A DNA stretch of 64,000 bases, taken from the NCBI RefSeq assembly GCF_009914755.1, contig NC_060932.1; one strand, 5' to 3'. Below the pieces are notes generated by a model. That model made no database searches and had not been told where the DNA came from. It saw only the letters and a list, made by a program, of their open reading frames with translations. The translations under genes and the position numbers were made by a program. This DNA comes from the human T2T-CHM13v2.0 reference genome, Homo sapiens. Of the stretch, positions 41,318-54,751 are shown one piece after another (within the stretch, counting starts at the first letter, position 1; each line of letters starts with the position of its first letter).

Positions 41318-42150
41318 GTGTCTTAGCCTAGGTTTCTCCTCAAAAACAGAACCCGACACAGGTTTACTTATAGTGTGGGGTTTCTTTGGGAAGTGATCCA
41401 GCAGTAGCAGGAATGAGGACCAAAGACAGAAAGAGAAGAAGGAAAAGCTGATATGAGGTGTAGTATCCCTGAGTGGTCCACCACTGTGATTGACTGGGAC
41501 TTGGTCTCTCTGGGACCTTTCGAGGAACATAGAGCTATAGCTCAGAATTGTACCCCTAGTGGGGTGTGGTAGCTCATACTTGTAATCCCAGCACTCTAGA
41601 AGGCTGAGGCAGGAGGATCACTTGAGCCCAGGAACTTGAGACCAGCCTGGGCAACAAAGTGAGACCCTGTATTTACAAAAAAATGCAAAAAATTAGCTGG
41701 GAGGTGGGAACTCAGTGTCCAGAAGGAACCCCTGGCTGCAGACACAGTTCCCCTTTTCAGAGAACTGTCAGCTTTTGTTTCCTCCTTCTTAGAACCCAAC
41801 TGCCATGTTTTATGGAAGCCCAAGCAGCCACATGGCTGCCAAGCAGGCACATATAGGGAAAATCAAGGCTGTAGTCCCAGCTACTTGGGAGGCTGAGCTG
41901 GGAGGATAGCTTAAGTCCTGGGAGGTCGAGGCTGCAGTGAGCTGTGATCTCGTGCCAGTGCACTCCAGCCTGGGCAATAGAGCAACACCTTGTATTAAAA
42001 AAAAAAAAAATGTCCCCCTGAGGGAGAAAGGGAGGAGCAGTTGGTCACGGGCTCCCACCTCCCATTGGCTGGGTCATTCTATGGAATGCTAAGCTCCCTG
42101 CACCCCCAGGATGTGCAGGAGAAGACGCCATGTTGGCTCCTGATGGTGCC
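41318..42150 (-). mobile_element. LTR16-like ERVL LTR fragment flanking an AluJ
   Basis: TGTCTTAG...TTTGGGAAGTGATCC, typical of a reverse-oriented LTR16 end. Confidence 0.5.
41560..42010 (+). mobile_element. AluJ interrupted by a ~167-bp non-Alu insert (41702-41868)
   Basis: Left arm and linker end AATTAGCTGGG; right arm resumes CTGTAGTCCCAGCTAC at 41869. Confidence 0.9.
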
Positions 42151-45061
42151 CCATGCTATGACATCAAAGAAGTCACAGGAGAGGAAGCAGCAGACATTTG
42201 GCATAGACTTGAGATGAGTGCTGGCCATATGCAGTGGGAGGAACCTATGTGGAACAGTTTTCTCTGACCTTGGCTGGAATCAGAGGTGAGGCCAAGAAGG
42301 TAGGAGGTGACTCACAGAGGGGTTGGGGGTGACAGGGACCTTTGAAGACCTTGCAGACTCAGGTTTCTGCTCTGCACATGAAGCCACCTGGCTATAACTG
42401 GCTGAGTCTGAAGGCAGGGGTTCCTTCTGGGCAGTGAGTTCCCACCGCCACATTCAGAGTCTGAATGTGAGTATCCCCAGGACACCCATGACGCCTGGCT
42501 GGTACTGTCCTGGAGGCAGTTGCCACTCGCTGGTTAGTGCTTCCTGCAGAGTCCTGGGCAGCGCCAGCCAACTTTTACCTAGAGCTCTGTTCTTTTGCCA
42601 GAAAAGTTCCAAAGCCTTCGTCTACCTGTCTAGTCTAAACCCATTCACATCAACATCTGAGGCATTTGGAGTCCTCGGGAAAAATACACTCAGGCCGGCT
42701 GACTTGAGAAGCCCTGGGCAGTGCCACTTCCTCAACTTTGTGGGTCAAGGGAGGTGAATTTCCAGATTCTGTTGGAAACCTGAAACCCACAGCAAAGCCA
42801 GCCTCCTGAGAAACACTTCTGAAATTTTGGGGCCTGGATAACACAGCCTCATGGTATTGGAGGTTTGGATTAGGTTTAGAAACCTATGTTTCAGTTCCCA
42901 GGTGCTGGGAGCCATGTTCTTAGAATATTAAGCAGGAAGGACACAGGGTTACCTTGGTTCTCATTTCAAAAATCTGGGCCCTGGGAAAAACATGTATTCT
43001 CTCAGCCTTTTGAGTAGGTAGAAAAGCACTTAACAGGAAGCACCAGAAAGCCCTCTGAGTTCTTTGGGGGACACATCTTAAGCAACACCATGAGGCACGC
43101 TGATGATGAAATGTTCATGGGTGAGAGTCGGACTCAGTGCATTTTAGTAAGGCCAATGCCCTCCTGAGCCAAGTCAGAGGACATTGCTGTTGGGGCAGGC
43201 ATTTTCTGAAGAGGGCACTATAAGGATGGTTAACTTCTGTTTTGTTTTGCTCAAATTCCTCATTTGACTTTTCGTGTGCAAGTTCTCAGAGAAGAAGTTC
43301 TGCTTCTGAGTCCGGAATAGCTTTCCATCCAAGAGTGGACACTGTGGTCTCCCTCGGAGTCCAGAACAAAAGGGTAGCTCGTACCCAGGGGCCATTACAC
43401 AGGTGGGCAGGGTGACGGACTTGCCCAGGGCCTGTGTCCTTGGAGGCAGTGGATGGGGCAAGAGCCCTCATCTGGGGGTAAAAAATGTGCTTCTGTCTGG
43501 GGTTCTCCCACTGTTAGTCAAGTGACCTTGAGCAATCCTTCCATCTGTCTGAGCCTCAGTTTCCTTGTCTGTCATGGTTGAAGCATTCTCTGCCCTGCCT
43601 GTCTCACTGACCTCAGTCAAATACTGGGTATGTGCGCATCGGCTCCCACAACCAAACGCTGGAAGACGGGTGGAGCTGCCTCCAGGGTTACTGGATTAAG
43701 GAAGCAATCTCTCAATCAATCTCTCCTCTCTTTTGCTTCCCTTTGCCTGTTGGCTTCTTTCTCTCAACGCTGGTATCACAGCTACAGGCTGCTCTGGCCT
43801 CCTGCAATCCTTAGAGCTTCAAAACCAAAAGGAAGAGAACCCCAGCAGCTGTAGAAAGAAACCCCCCAGAATCACTCATCCTGGCTGGGGGTGTGGTGGG
43901 TGGGTTGAGGATGGGATACTTTGATTGGTCCAGCTTGGGCCATGTGCCCATGTCTGCTCCAATCACTGTGGCCCAGGGCAGTGGAGCACGATGATTGGTC
44001 CACTTGGGGAAAGGCTCACCCCGTGGCCAGGGGACGCACTGTGACCGGGAGCCCGCATCAGAAACACCAGGCTGCCCCCACTCCTTTAGGGCACTGATGT
44101 GTCTTTTCTGTGTCCTTACATATGTGACCCATCCCAGTATCCGACATGCAGTAGGCACTTTCTACATGTCTGTGGAATAGCGTTGACAGTGAGGTTTCTG
44201 ACACTCCAGAGTTACTTGAGTTAGATACCTGCTTCTGGACTTCACAGCACCCATCCCTGTTCCCAAGTACTGCTTATGTTCAATTGCTTGTTAGTGTCCT
44301 GCATTAAAACGTGAGCTCCTCAAAAGCAAGGACCTTGTCTGGCTTGTTTACCGCCGGGTCCTCCGTGCCTGACAGCCTCTGGTACAGATAATTGGTCAAT
44401 TAATGTTTGTGAAATGAACATCAACTGTGTGTGAGCCTCAGTGTCTTGACAGAAGGAGCCTGACTCTGCCCTTTCAGGTCGCCCAGCGCCTTCTCCATCC
44501 CTCTCCATCCTCACTTCCAGTTTCTGATACTCTGAGTGCAGTTATGACTTAATGTATGCCCAAGAGCCAATTCTAAATACATTTCTGGCCTTAGGTTCTG
44601 TTGTTTATAAACACTAGTGAGACCATTGCTTTGACAAAGGTGCTAAGATCTACAAACATTTATATTTGTGTAATCATCTTAAAAATGAGTACTTTTTAAT
44701 GTTGAACTTCTTAAGTGAAGTTCAAATAGTATTTGCAGTAGTGAGAGGTGTTTCATCTGCACCAGAATGAATTCTCAAAAGCTTTACTTTGCCAGAATTG
44801 GATGAATAAACTGAACCATTATTGGAATTGATTGATGTTTCAATCGATGCATCTGGTGACGCTAAAACTGGCGTTGTTTCACCATATGTTATGTGAAATT
44901 CTACTGAGATGCTATCCAGTGAATGACCACTGCTTTATTTTCAGCTTGCATATAAGAAAACTTAGAATACAGAGCAAGCTCGATTTTAAACTGCCACCTG
45001 CTCAGTTGCCCCTGTGCATGTTAAATTGTGGATTCCAGATTCTGGACAGGCTTCTTCTACA

Positions 45062-45367
<306 letters not shown>

Positions 45368-48300
45368 TGGATAGGCTTCTCAAAGTTCCTATGAACCTTT
45401 GAGGTAGCTGCTGACGCTTTTTGAGCAGATTTCTCGGTAGTCAGTGGCATTGCTGTGGTTCCTGGCAGATGGTAGATGCAGAGAACAACTTTGTGCATGT
45501 TACAGTTTCGTCATTAACTTTCTTAAAAAAGAGAAAGTCATTATATTTACATTTTCATTACTCAGGCACTTTCCTTTTTTGTTGAGTTCATTGCTACCAA
45601 AAGGGTTTATTGAAAAATGAAAATGCAGTGGCAAACAATAAGATAACTAAATCGCTGTAGCTTTGTAGCACGTGGTAAGTGGCAAAGTCAATGCAGCAAG
45701 GCCATGGGGACTCCCCTCCGTGAACTCTTCTTCCTCCCAGCTCCTGGACATACTGCCTATGTGCCTGGCTTGTCTCTCTCACTTTTCCCACTGACCCCAG
45801 AGCCTGGTGGCTTCATGCATCTTGTGGTTGTGCAAGTGGCTGAGGCACTGAGCAGTTGGTGGGAGCAGAGGTGCCGCGTCCTTCTCTCAGCACTACCACC
45901 ACGGGAAGAGCTGGCTCTCCTCAGTTACTCATGTCTGCCTGCATTTCAGTGCCTCAGGAATGGCCCGGGCGCTGTTTTTGAAGGGTTCCACTGAGTCAGG
46001 AGAGTATTGGGAGGGAGAGGCAGGTCAGCGCTCTGCCTCTTCCAGTTGCAGCCTCAAGTGTAGGTGAGAACTTGCTCACCACACACCCCATGTGCCTACG
46101 CACCAGGAGAGTCCCACACCATGACATGCAGTCATGGCAGGAGCTGAAGCAAAGGTGGGGAGCTACCTACCTCCCCCAGCTTCTTTTAGAGCAAGTCTTC
46201 AGCGAACTCCACTAAACAATGCAAAGCTGGGGTGCACGCCAAAGCAGGCCCAACACTGGGATAACAGGAGTCACCCAGGACAGACCCAGAGAATGCAGAA
46301 TGTATGGTCCCTTTATCCACAGGCTCTAGCAGGTATTCCGGTTTCAGATGGATTTGAGGACAGTTTCTCAGTTTGGGGTCTCCACTTCTGGGTGGTGTGA
46401 GAGTTTAGGCCTTGCATGAGTAGGGGGCATGGGTGGGAAGTCCACTGTCCCACCGTTGTCTTGGTGTCTACCCAGTGTCTGCTGTAAGACGGTGCTCCCT
46501 GCTGCTGCCTCAGGTGGGTGGGAGGGAGGAGTTTTCCCGTGGGACCACCCATTTGCTATTCTTAGCTTGAGACAGAAAGCCCAGTTTTGACTTCCACAGA
46601 GGATGAGGCCCGAGGCCCGAGACCTTTCCTCCACTCGCTGCTGTGGCTTCCCTCCACATTTCTGGCCCTGTGACTCTCCCAACTCCTCCCGACCCCTTCA
46701 TAAATACAGCTCAGCTACACAGAAAATATATGTCTACCATGCACCACACCCGGGACTCCTGCAGATGCCAGTGGGGGCTGAGGGAGGAGGGCGGCTTCTC
46801 ACACTGGCTCAGGACTCCATCACCTGAAATGCAATTCTTCCCAAGGCCACTTCATTCACTTGTGGGTTTGGAAGGCCTCGAGATCCAGCTGGGCCTGTCC
46901 TCTCCTCCAACCTTGCCCCTCAGATGATGCCAGGCCGCCAGGCCTCCTCTGCTTATCCTTGAACAAATGCCACCAAATAGTCATGGAAGTCATGTGGAAG
47001 TTAGCAAGGAGTGGGTCTCTGGCACGTGGCTTGGGTAGAAGCTGTACCCACTTGCCCCTCCACCAGCTCCCACACGCACATGTGAGTACACCCATCCACG
47101 CTGGCTGTGAGGGTTTCTGGGACCCTGGTGAGGCCCTAGACAGAATCCGATGGCAGCTCTCACACTTCCCTCAGGACCATAATGGTTTCATCCATACAGT
47201 AGATATAGTTGTTCACAAGTGTTTATGGAATGAAAGAGGAAGGAAGAAATAAAAAATTTAAGAAACTCCCTGAACCTCCTTCCTCTGTCCCAAGAGGTAT
47301 TAGGCAGTACATCAAGTTTCTTGGGGATCAACACACCTGGCCATGGCATCAGGGTGAGATGGGAGGAGAGTCTCAGGTACAGCTCCCAGCAAGGCTGCCT
47401 CACCTGCTGGGGGGTCCTGTGTCCTGGACTTCTCTGCCAGGGCTGCAGAGGACTGCTCTGCTCCTTCTGCAGGGCACCCTCGCTAAGTCCCCCAACCCCC
47501 TAAGGCAGCTGACTCTGCCTGGAAACACAGACACCAGGCACACCTCAGGTGGCACAAACTAGAAAGTAGGTGGCAAAGGAGAGATAGGCGGGATGAGCTA
47601 ATGACATGAGCCTGCCTTATTGGGCACAAGGGGTGCAGCAGGCAGATGGCAGAGCAGGGCAGGGGCAGTCTCGGGCTTGGGAAGAGGCAGTACATGGTGA
47701 CCCCCTCACTGTTCTGATTTTGAGGGCCACAGTCACCTGTCAAACCAACAGCTCCAGGACGTGTGCCGCTATTTGCATGAGAGGCATGACGCCCCTGGGA
47801 AACAGCACGGAAGCAGGAGGCTTCTGCTCTCTGCTGTGTGACTTCGAGTGGGTTATTTTCCTCCTTGAACCTTGAAACCCTTGACACATGGGAATAGCAA
47901 ACCTCACCTTGTCTTTCTCCTAGGACGTCTTAGTGAGAGAGGACCAGAGACACCATCCCACAGCACCTCTACTCGACAAGATAGAGAGCTGGGGCCCAGA
48001 GATGAAAGGGACACAGGCAGCATCACACAGCAGATCCACAGCAAAGCGGGCTCCAGGCCAGGTCTCCGACCTCTGGGACAGCACCTGCCCCCTGCCTGAG
48101 TCCAGACAGTGCAGATGCTCCTGGGAGGAAGAGTTTTCTAGAGGGCACATGGCTCTGGGTCCTCTTGTGGGAGACCTGCGGGCTGGACTGCATGCAATGA
48201 AGCCTGTGGTGGAAATGTCAGGAGGAAGAATCCTAGGATACATTCTCCTTACATGGCATGGGATTCCGCAGAGGGCTTTGCTGGTGTGTGGGGCACCCTC

Positions 48301-48616
48301 ACTCTTACTGGCTTGCCCCCATGGGTGGCTCCATCTTCAGCGGAGCTCAGGCTTGTCAGCATGTGAAAAGTACCCCCAGAGCAAAGCTCTGTGCTTAGCA
48401 GAGGTCCACAGCCATCTCTTGTCACTCAGAGGAAATAATTTGGATTGGATTTTAGGTGGTAGCAGGTAGTTTCCAAGACAGAGACCAGATGATGGCATGG
48501 GTTTGTTTCTTTTAATCACAAGAAGTCTCTCTGTGGGTGCTGAGCTCACCGTGCCGCAAGGCTCATGGTTATGGGTGGCTGGTCCCCAGTCAGTCTCGTG
48601 TGGCAGTCGGGACCTT

Positions 48617-48853
48617 CTACTTCCTTGCCTTCGCTTTCTTTCCTTTGCTCGCTCTTTGGGGCTTCAGGGCTTCCTCCTGGCCTGCGTGGCTGGTGATGGG
48701 GGGCGGGATAGGGGTGGGGGCGTTGAGGTTCAGAGTCTTCTTCTGAAGCTTCAGGTCCAAGATGGCGAATGTGTTCTGGATCTGGCGCTGCAGCAGCTCC
48801 TGCAGGAGCTCCATCTGGGTGTGGACTGCCTGGCAGATGAGGCTCTCCAACTC
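48617..48853 (-). CDS. C8orf74: C8orf74 last coding exon
   Basis: Polypyrimidine tract plus CTTCCAG|GAG acceptor, phase 0. Encodes ELESLICQAVHTQMELLQELLQRQIQ...KGKKAKARK-TAG. ATTAAA poly(A) signal on the - strand at 48511-48516. Confidence 0.9.
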   Translation of the reverse strand, partial: ELESLICQAVHTQMELLQELLQRQIQNTFAILDLKLQKKTLNLNAPTPIPPPITSHAGQEEALKPQRASKGKKAKARK

Positions 48854-50139
48854 CTGGAAGGAAAGGGGAAGGCCGATGAGCAGGGCTGGGGAGCCTCGCC
48901 GGATCCAGTTCTCAACTCAGCCCCTGTTGCAGGTACGAGAATGTGTCCACTGTCCATCCGTCTCACCCTGCCCACGGGCCGTGGTTGCCTGGACCTCTGG
49001 CTTCTGGTTGACTTCAGCCAACTAGGGGCGGGAGGTCTGAGGGTGGGGAGGTCCTCATCTTCTCCTGACTGGCTGTGGCCTGGCCATGGCCACGGACTAT
49101 GGGTAGTCACATTCCCTGTCCCTCAGCCCTTGCCTATAACTAAAGCTCTCTTTTTGGATTCCAATAGTCATTCCCTCCCTTTTCTTTTCTTGCCTAGAGT
49201 GACGGCCAGGCTGTTTGAGTGTGTCATTTGTTCTGGGCCCATCGGCCAGTGCCATATTTCCTATAGACCCTACCTCCTGGTCAATGCAGGCTCCATCTGG
49301 ATACCCTGGGCCCCCACCATCCTCATTCTCACCTTTCAAAGTTCTAGTGGTAGCTTCATGGGAGGGGACAGGGGAAATTGCTTCAGAGAGTGGGTGTGTC
49401 CTCCACCCAGCCAGCCATAGGAAGAATGGAAATGCAGCCACTGTCCACCCATCATGTTAAACAGGAAACCCTGTTGGTCAACTCCATCAGAGTTATAGCC
49501 CACAGAGCCTGGATACATGGACCACGTAACTGTGTTTCTCTAGGTTCCTTGCCCGAGCAACCACACAGCATAGGAGCTATTGTCAGGGGACACACTGGAA
49601 GCAACTGGTTGGATGTAGTGCATTTCTTTGAGATCTTGTATTCACTTAAAAGATATGCAAAATTGTGCATTTGCCCCAGAATATCCTCTTGTTGTTTTTG
49701 TAGAAAACAACATTATTGGGGAAGGTTGTGCTATAAGAGAATGCGTGGTGTTTTTTGTTCTATGCCCTTGAGTGCCCCATCTCAGGTGCATAGCTGGGGC
49801 ACACAGTGTAGGGGGCTCTGGCTCACCAGCTCCACCAGGCAGGGGCCAGCAGTGCCATGCTGGAGGCTGGGCGGCGAGCTGGGAGGAGCAGGCAGGAACA
49901 GCTGTGGGAAGTGCAGGGCAGTAGGGGCCACTGTGGCCATGCCCCACCCTGCTCCGTGTGCTAGAGCAAGGTCCCTGCAGGGGGCCAGAGACATAGACTG
50001 TTGCGTGGGTTTTGTTGGGTCTTTATTGAATGTCTTCGTGAACTAAGATCACATGGCCCCCTGATGTGCTATTTGTCTGGAGACTTATCCTTGGATGAGC
50101 ACCATCCAGGCTGCTATGCTCATTGCTCTTTAGAGATTT

Positions 50140-50141
<2 letters not shown>

Positions 50142-50189
<48 letters not shown>

Positions 50190-50192
50190 TGT
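50142..50192. repeat. (GT)n microsatellite in a C8orf74 intron
   Basis: About 20 perfect GT units plus an interrupted tail. Confidence 0.95.
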
Positions 50193-51078
50193 AACCCTAA
50201 AGGAATACTTCCCAGGGCCATTTGCTCTTCAGCTGATGATTCAGAAATCAAAATCCCTTGGAACTCACAGGCCCTGCAACTCCCCCACTCCAATGCCTGA
50301 AACACAGGCACATACATACACACGCACATGCAAATACTTGTCTCTCAAAGTATGTTCAGAGATGATGCAACAATGATGACTTCAGTGCCTATGTATAGCT
50401 AAGAAACTAATGTAGGCTTGGCCAGGCCCTCAAGAAGTCAGCTACCCTGAGGCTGGGGTCGTCATGGTCATTGAAGAGCTGGTCATGGGAAATGCTGGCA
50501 GCTAGAGCCCCAGTGGTCTGGCAGAACCTCCAAGAGGGCAGCCCAAAGTCTGAGATCCAGGCACCGGATCCTCCTAAGTCCTCCCTGGGCCCCAGCTCCA
50601 GCCTTTGTCTCCCTGGTCACATGACCCTCCCCAAGCTGTCCCCATGTCCCTGCCTCCTCCATCTTCTCCCCCATCCTAGGGGCATGCCGGCTCTGGATAA
50701 TCTGCAGCAGTTCCAAAGCTGGAGTCTTTTTCCTGCCTCTCTTGGTGGAATCTGTCACTGACCAATGACACAGAGGAAGGAACTTAGACTTCAGGGTCAG
50801 CCAGGCCTCAGTCCAAATGTGAACTCTACCATATGCTAGCTTGGTGACCTTGGCGAGTTAAAATGTTCTCTGCGCCTCAGTCGTCTCATCACTAAAATAG
50901 GGACATGAATTTCTACCTTTAGTCTACCGCGAAGCTCGTGGTAGACTCTTGATTCCTCCCTGCATCTCTCCCCCTCCCCTGTGTGCCACTGAGGAGCTCC
51001 CATCTGCAGTGACTCCAGCCCTGGCTGGTGTCTCTGCAGGCCCAGGTGCCCACCCACGGCAGGGGGGCAGAGCCTCAC

Positions 51079-51485
51079 CTGTCTCTCCAGGACCTGGCCG
51101 GGCTGCGCAGGCGCGGCGGCAGCGAACGCCTTCTGCAGCGAGTTCTCCCGCTCCAGGCGCAGCGCCTCTTTCAGGAGCAGCACGTCGGCGCGCTTCTGTG
51201 CCTCGGCCTCCGTCAGTGTGGCCACCTGCTGCTCGTGGATCCACAAGTCCCTGTCCATGCCCTCGGCCAGCGGGAGGGGATGGGGTGGCATGCACACCTC
51301 CAGGTGGGCAACGGTCAGGTCGACCTGCTGGTCCTGGCCCAGGACATACTGGTAGAGTTTGTAGTGGCGGATGAAGGTGTGGTGGAAGTAGTCACAGAGG
51401 GCCAGCAGGTGGGTGGTGTTGAAATGGCCCCGGTAATCTCTAAGCTTGTTCCCCAGGATCGTCACAGCCTCAGTAATGGAGCAGC
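51079..51485 (-). CDS. C8orf74: C8orf74 internal (penultimate) coding exon
   Basis: Acceptor TACAG|GC at 51485, donor CAG|GTGAGG after 51079. 407 nt, encoding (G)CSITEAVTILGNKLRDYRGHFNTTHLLALCDYFHHTFIRHYKLYQYVLG...QVLERQ. Phase matches the next exon. Confidence 0.9.
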
Positions 51486-51611
51486 CTGTAGGCACAGGGG
51501 CCAAGAACAGAGTGGGAGTGGGACAGAGCTGCCCTGCCAGGCAGTGGATGTGGGCTCTGCACCCCGACAGCCTGGTCACAGAGCCCATGTCCCCACTGCA
51601 TTTTTAAAAAA

Positions 51612-51927
51612 TATTTATTTCTATTTATTTTTTTTGAGACGGGGTCTAACTCTCACCCAGGCTGGAGTGCAGTGGTGCAATCGTAGCTCACTGCAGCTGC
51701 AGCTCGCTGCAGCCGCCAACTTCCAGGCTCAAGAAATCCCCCTGCCTCAGCCTCCTGTGTAGCTGGGACTACAGGTACATGCTACCAAACCTGACTAATT
51801 TTGTTTATGTTTTGTGGAGATGAGGTTATCACTGTTTTGCCCAGGCTGAACTCCTGAGCTCAAGCGATCCTCCTGCCTCGGCCTCCTAAAGTACTGGAAT
51901 TACAGGTGTGAGCCACCATGCCGGCCC
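51612..51927 (-). mobile_element. AluJ
   Basis: T-rich tail, diverged dimer with an internal CTGCAGC duplication. Confidence 0.85.
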
Positions 51928-52275
51928 TAACTGCAATTCTTATTACCATGCATTAGCTTTTGAAAGGTATCGAGTGTACCACGTTTCTTTTTTTACTTGC
52001 AGTAACTTACACTTATCCCATTTATTTCTTATATGATTACCCCAGTATAATCATGTAAATGTGATTATATGATCTCAGTATAATCACATTATCATTACCA
52101 GTATTTTGTCTTTTTTTTTTTTTTTCGAACTCCTGGGCATAAGCTATCCTCCCACCGTGGCCTCCCAAAGTGCTGGGATTACAAGAGTGAACCACCACAC
52201 CTGGCCAGTATTGTGTCTTTTGATGCCTGTTTTAAAGAGTTACTTTCGCTGTGCTTTATCTTGTTTCTACTTCTA

Positions 52276-52725
<450 letters not shown>

Positions 52726-53989
52726 TCATGTTGCAGAGTTGGGAAAATATTATTTACCCCATGCAAAGGATTGGCTCTGAGGGCAGCACCAAGGGCAGTG
52801 CTCCTTGTGGGGGTGACCCATCTCCCCACTTCTCTCCTCCTCTCCCCTTCACTCCTCCTGCTCACGACTCTTTCAGGTGCTCAGCACAGTGGTCAGAGGC
52901 AGGGCTCTCCCATCATCTGCTTGGGTCTTGACAGAGGAGGTGGTTCATGAAGGGTCGTGACTGAATTACATGCCTACCCTGGTGAGCAAATGAGCAGACA
53001 CCAGGCAGAGAGATAGGCAAGTCAAGGGCAGCAGAAGAGCATGGCCCAGGCGTGGAGACCTGGGTTCTCGCAGACACCGTCCTGGAAATGTACTGTGGAC
53101 TTGGCCAAGCCTCTTCTGCTCTGTGACTCAGTGTCCCCCTCTGAAGAATGAGGGCTTGGGCCAGGCGCCCACCAGATCATGTGCTTTGGAGAATTCCACA
53201 GTTCCTTCTGCCGACAATGAAAGTAACATGCTGTAGGCAAGGAGCCGGGCTTTTCCCCGAAGTAGGGGACCTGACTTGTCCACAGACTCCTTCCTTTTCT
53301 CTTCCTTCATGTGAGCCCTCCATGGGGCCCTATGCGGTTTCCCCACCCCCAGCTAGAGTGCTCCATGCCCCTTCAGCAGGGACTGTCTCAGTCTTGCCCA
53401 CGAGGTTGTTTTGAAGTCTCCCCACCCCCCATTCCCTTCATGTTTCCTCTTGGCTGGTCACTGAGGCTGTCTTGCTCTGTATGGAAATATTCACCTTGAA
53501 TCTCCCCAAAATACCCAGGGGGTGGAGACATCATGGTCTTGGGAAAATATTAGCAAAAGGGGCACCACTCCACTTGGAGCCATGTTAGGATGTGCTGGGA
53601 GTGACGCCTGGATTCTGGCAATCTCAGCCTCCAGGGGGAGGGAAGGAGGGACTGCTCCATCATGCAGAATCACAGACTGGAGGCTGTACTTCTCCTTTCT
53701 GTCATGGCAAACCAGCAGGCTTGGAGCCCAAGGGTTACACTCCTCTCGGGAGGGTACTGGGTTTGGAGGTCTGAGATACTCTGTCTCTCTTAGATATGAC
53801 ACGGGCCTTTTTCTCTCAAATGTAAAATTCAGAATAGTGATACTGACTTCACAGGCTTGTTGGAAGGGTCAAATGGGGTAAGATGTCCAGCTTCGTACAG
53901 AGCCTAATACAAGCCAGCAATCAATAAATGCTGTAGAAAGAATTTATTTCTACCTTTGCAAAAAAAATCTCTCCATTCCCCTTCCCCTC

Positions 53990-54325
53990 CCCCATCCAGC
54001 CTTCCCTCTATTCCTTCCTTCCTTCATCTCTGTCCATCTTTCCATTCATCCATTCTTTCACCCACCCATCCATCCATTCATCCATCATCCTTCCACTTAT
54101 CCATCCATCCATCCGTCCATCCTTCCACCCACCCATCTATGCACCCAACCATCCATCCATCCATCCGTCCACCCATCCATTCGTCCATCCATTCTTCCAT
54201 CCATTCATTCATCCACTCTTCCATCCATCCATTTTTCCACCCGTTTGTTTATCCATTCACCTATTCATCCATCCATTAATTCTTTGATCTATCCACCCAT
54301 CCATTCACCCATCCTTCCATTCATT
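53990..54325. repeat. (TCCA)n degenerate simple repeat
   Basis: Visible CCAT/TCCA array. Confidence 0.9.
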
Positions 54326-54751
54326 TGTGAAAGGAAAAGAAAAACTTGGGAACCCAATTCACTATGCCAAAAGAAAAAAATTAAGCTGAAAGTTGAGTAA
54401 CACAAGAAACTGTCTTTTCTTTGATTCCTAAGCAGGTAGCTACAAATAAAAGGTTAAATATCTCCACAGGTAGCTACTCTATGTTTGCCTTATCTTATAC
54501 AAAGTGCCAATTTACTGAGCAAGGGAGGAATACATAATTGATTATTCCCCACCTGCTCCTTTTCTCTTGCAACATGTGGATTACCATACCCTCCTTCTTT
54601 CCCCTCCAGCCCACTTTCCCCTTTAAATATTGAAGCCTTCAAAATTATCTCTGGAGAAAGGAACGGATCTTTCTCCCAGGTACATCATTAACCTTGGCAA
54701 AATAACCTTCTAAATTGATTGAGACCTGTCTCAGATACTTTTCAGTTTACA
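54326..54751 (+). mobile_element. MER4-family (MER4C-like) ERV1 solo LTR
   Basis: TGTGAAAGGAAAA...TAAATTGATTGAGACCTGTCTCAGATACTTTT...TTTACA; 4-bp TSD CATT/TATT. Confidence 0.85.

Noticed and set aside
49458-49467. Single FOX:ETS motif TAAACAGGAA; CTCF-like CCTGCAGGGGGCCA near 49974
   Set aside because: Isolated motifs; too little to call a regulatory element without chromatin data.
48497-51762. Long + strand ORFs (307, 222 and 244 aa) opposite C8orf74
   Set aside because: Antisense shadows or chance ORFs; one runs into an Alu; no domain or splice support.
53956-54279. His/Pro/Ser-rich ORF (also the Lys/Glu/Arg-rich ORF at 28418-28633)
   Set aside because: Translations of (TCCA)n and CT-rich simple repeats.
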